This document shows positions 26,133 through 26,547 of a stretch of DNA of 26,547 bases, one piece after another. Source of the DNA: an uncultured Zetaproteobacteria bacterium (GTDB lineage: Bacteria; Pseudomonadota; Zetaproteobacteria; Mariprofundales; Mariprofundaceae); the NCBI GenBank assembly GCA_964597745.1, contig CAZQZF010000002.1, positions 1-26,547 of the forward strand. The letters run 5' to 3'. The notes under the pieces are model-generated. The model searched no databases. It was not told the DNA's origin and saw nothing but the letters and a program-made list of their open reading frames with translations. The stretch's first letter is position 1. Each line of letters begins with the position of its first letter. The translations under genes were made by a program, and so were the position numbers.

Positions 26133-26547
26133 CCCGCTTCCTCCTGCTTCAGTGCCATCATCTCATACCGGCCCATGCCCATCGTGGTCATTTTGCCGAT
26201 ATGCGTCCATTGACCCAGCCATAGCATCGGCCAGAGATGGTGCGCTTGAGCTGCTGTGAGGTCAAAGGCGCCAACCACGCCGCCAATTTTCATCGATGTT
26301 TTCTGGCGGCTGGAATAACGCTCTGTTTCCTGCCAGCGAAGGTCGGGGGCGCACCATTCTCCCGCTTCATCCACCGCGCATAATTGCCGCATGGCGGATT
26401 CATCGCCCCATGATGCGGCCAGACTGATCAACCTGCGCCGCAGTGCCCTGATCCATAGCTCCAGCGTCAGCGTATCCGGCGTGACAAAATGGCCCTGATG
26501 TTTGAACCGAACCGGCGTAATCAGTTGTAGATGCAATGTCTGCCCGG
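26129..26547 (-). CDS. cas6: Cas6, 3' part (open at the window edge)
   Basis: ITPVRFK, W.ETERYSSRQ…MKIGG and G-rich loop HIGKMTTMGMGRY; frame stays open to 26547; ATGA overlap with cas10. Confidence 0.88.
   Translation of the reverse strand, partial: GQTLHLQLITPVRFKHQGHFVTPDTLTLELWIRALRRRLISLAASWGDESAMRQLCAVDEAGEWCAPDLRWQETERYSSRQKTSMKIGGVVGAFDLTAAQAHHLWPMLWLGQWTHIGKMTTMGMGRYEMMALKQEEAG

Noticed and set aside
1-26547. CRISPR array
   Set aside because: No run of three or more equal repeats of about 25-40 nt with unique spacers was seen; the array and cas1/cas2 probably lie beyond the window

Overview
Almost everything is on the minus strand, in two blocks. Left (about 1-12.6 kb) is a proteobacterial housekeeping region: rpsO-pnp-M16 peptidase-cysE, then iscR-iscS-iscA-ACT protein-def (with an IscR type-1 box at the iscR promoter), then genes for a secreted protein, a TIGR00266/AIM24 protein and a secreted vWA protein. 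Its intergenic spaces carry hairpin repeats and MITE-like elements. Right (about 13-26.5 kb) is a type III-A CRISPR-Cas locus: partial cas6, cas10 (HD and GGDD intact) and csm2-5. A long accessory tail follows: a decayed antitoxin-like gene, HicB, a DUF4258/DUF2283 pair, a lone type III-B cmr6, an MNT-HEPN pair, a Cami1-like CARF-RelE effector, Csx16, an AAA_14/DUF4143 ATPase behind a perfect 33-bp palindrome, and a Card1/Can2-like nuclease. No CRISPR array and no cas1/cas2 lie in the window. The most unusual signals are the orphan cmr6 in a Csm operon, a 61-bp diverged duplicate of the cmr6 start bracketing a TA-like cassette, and the ATPase-palindrome unit coupled to Card1. All family calls come from motif recognition by eye, not database searches.
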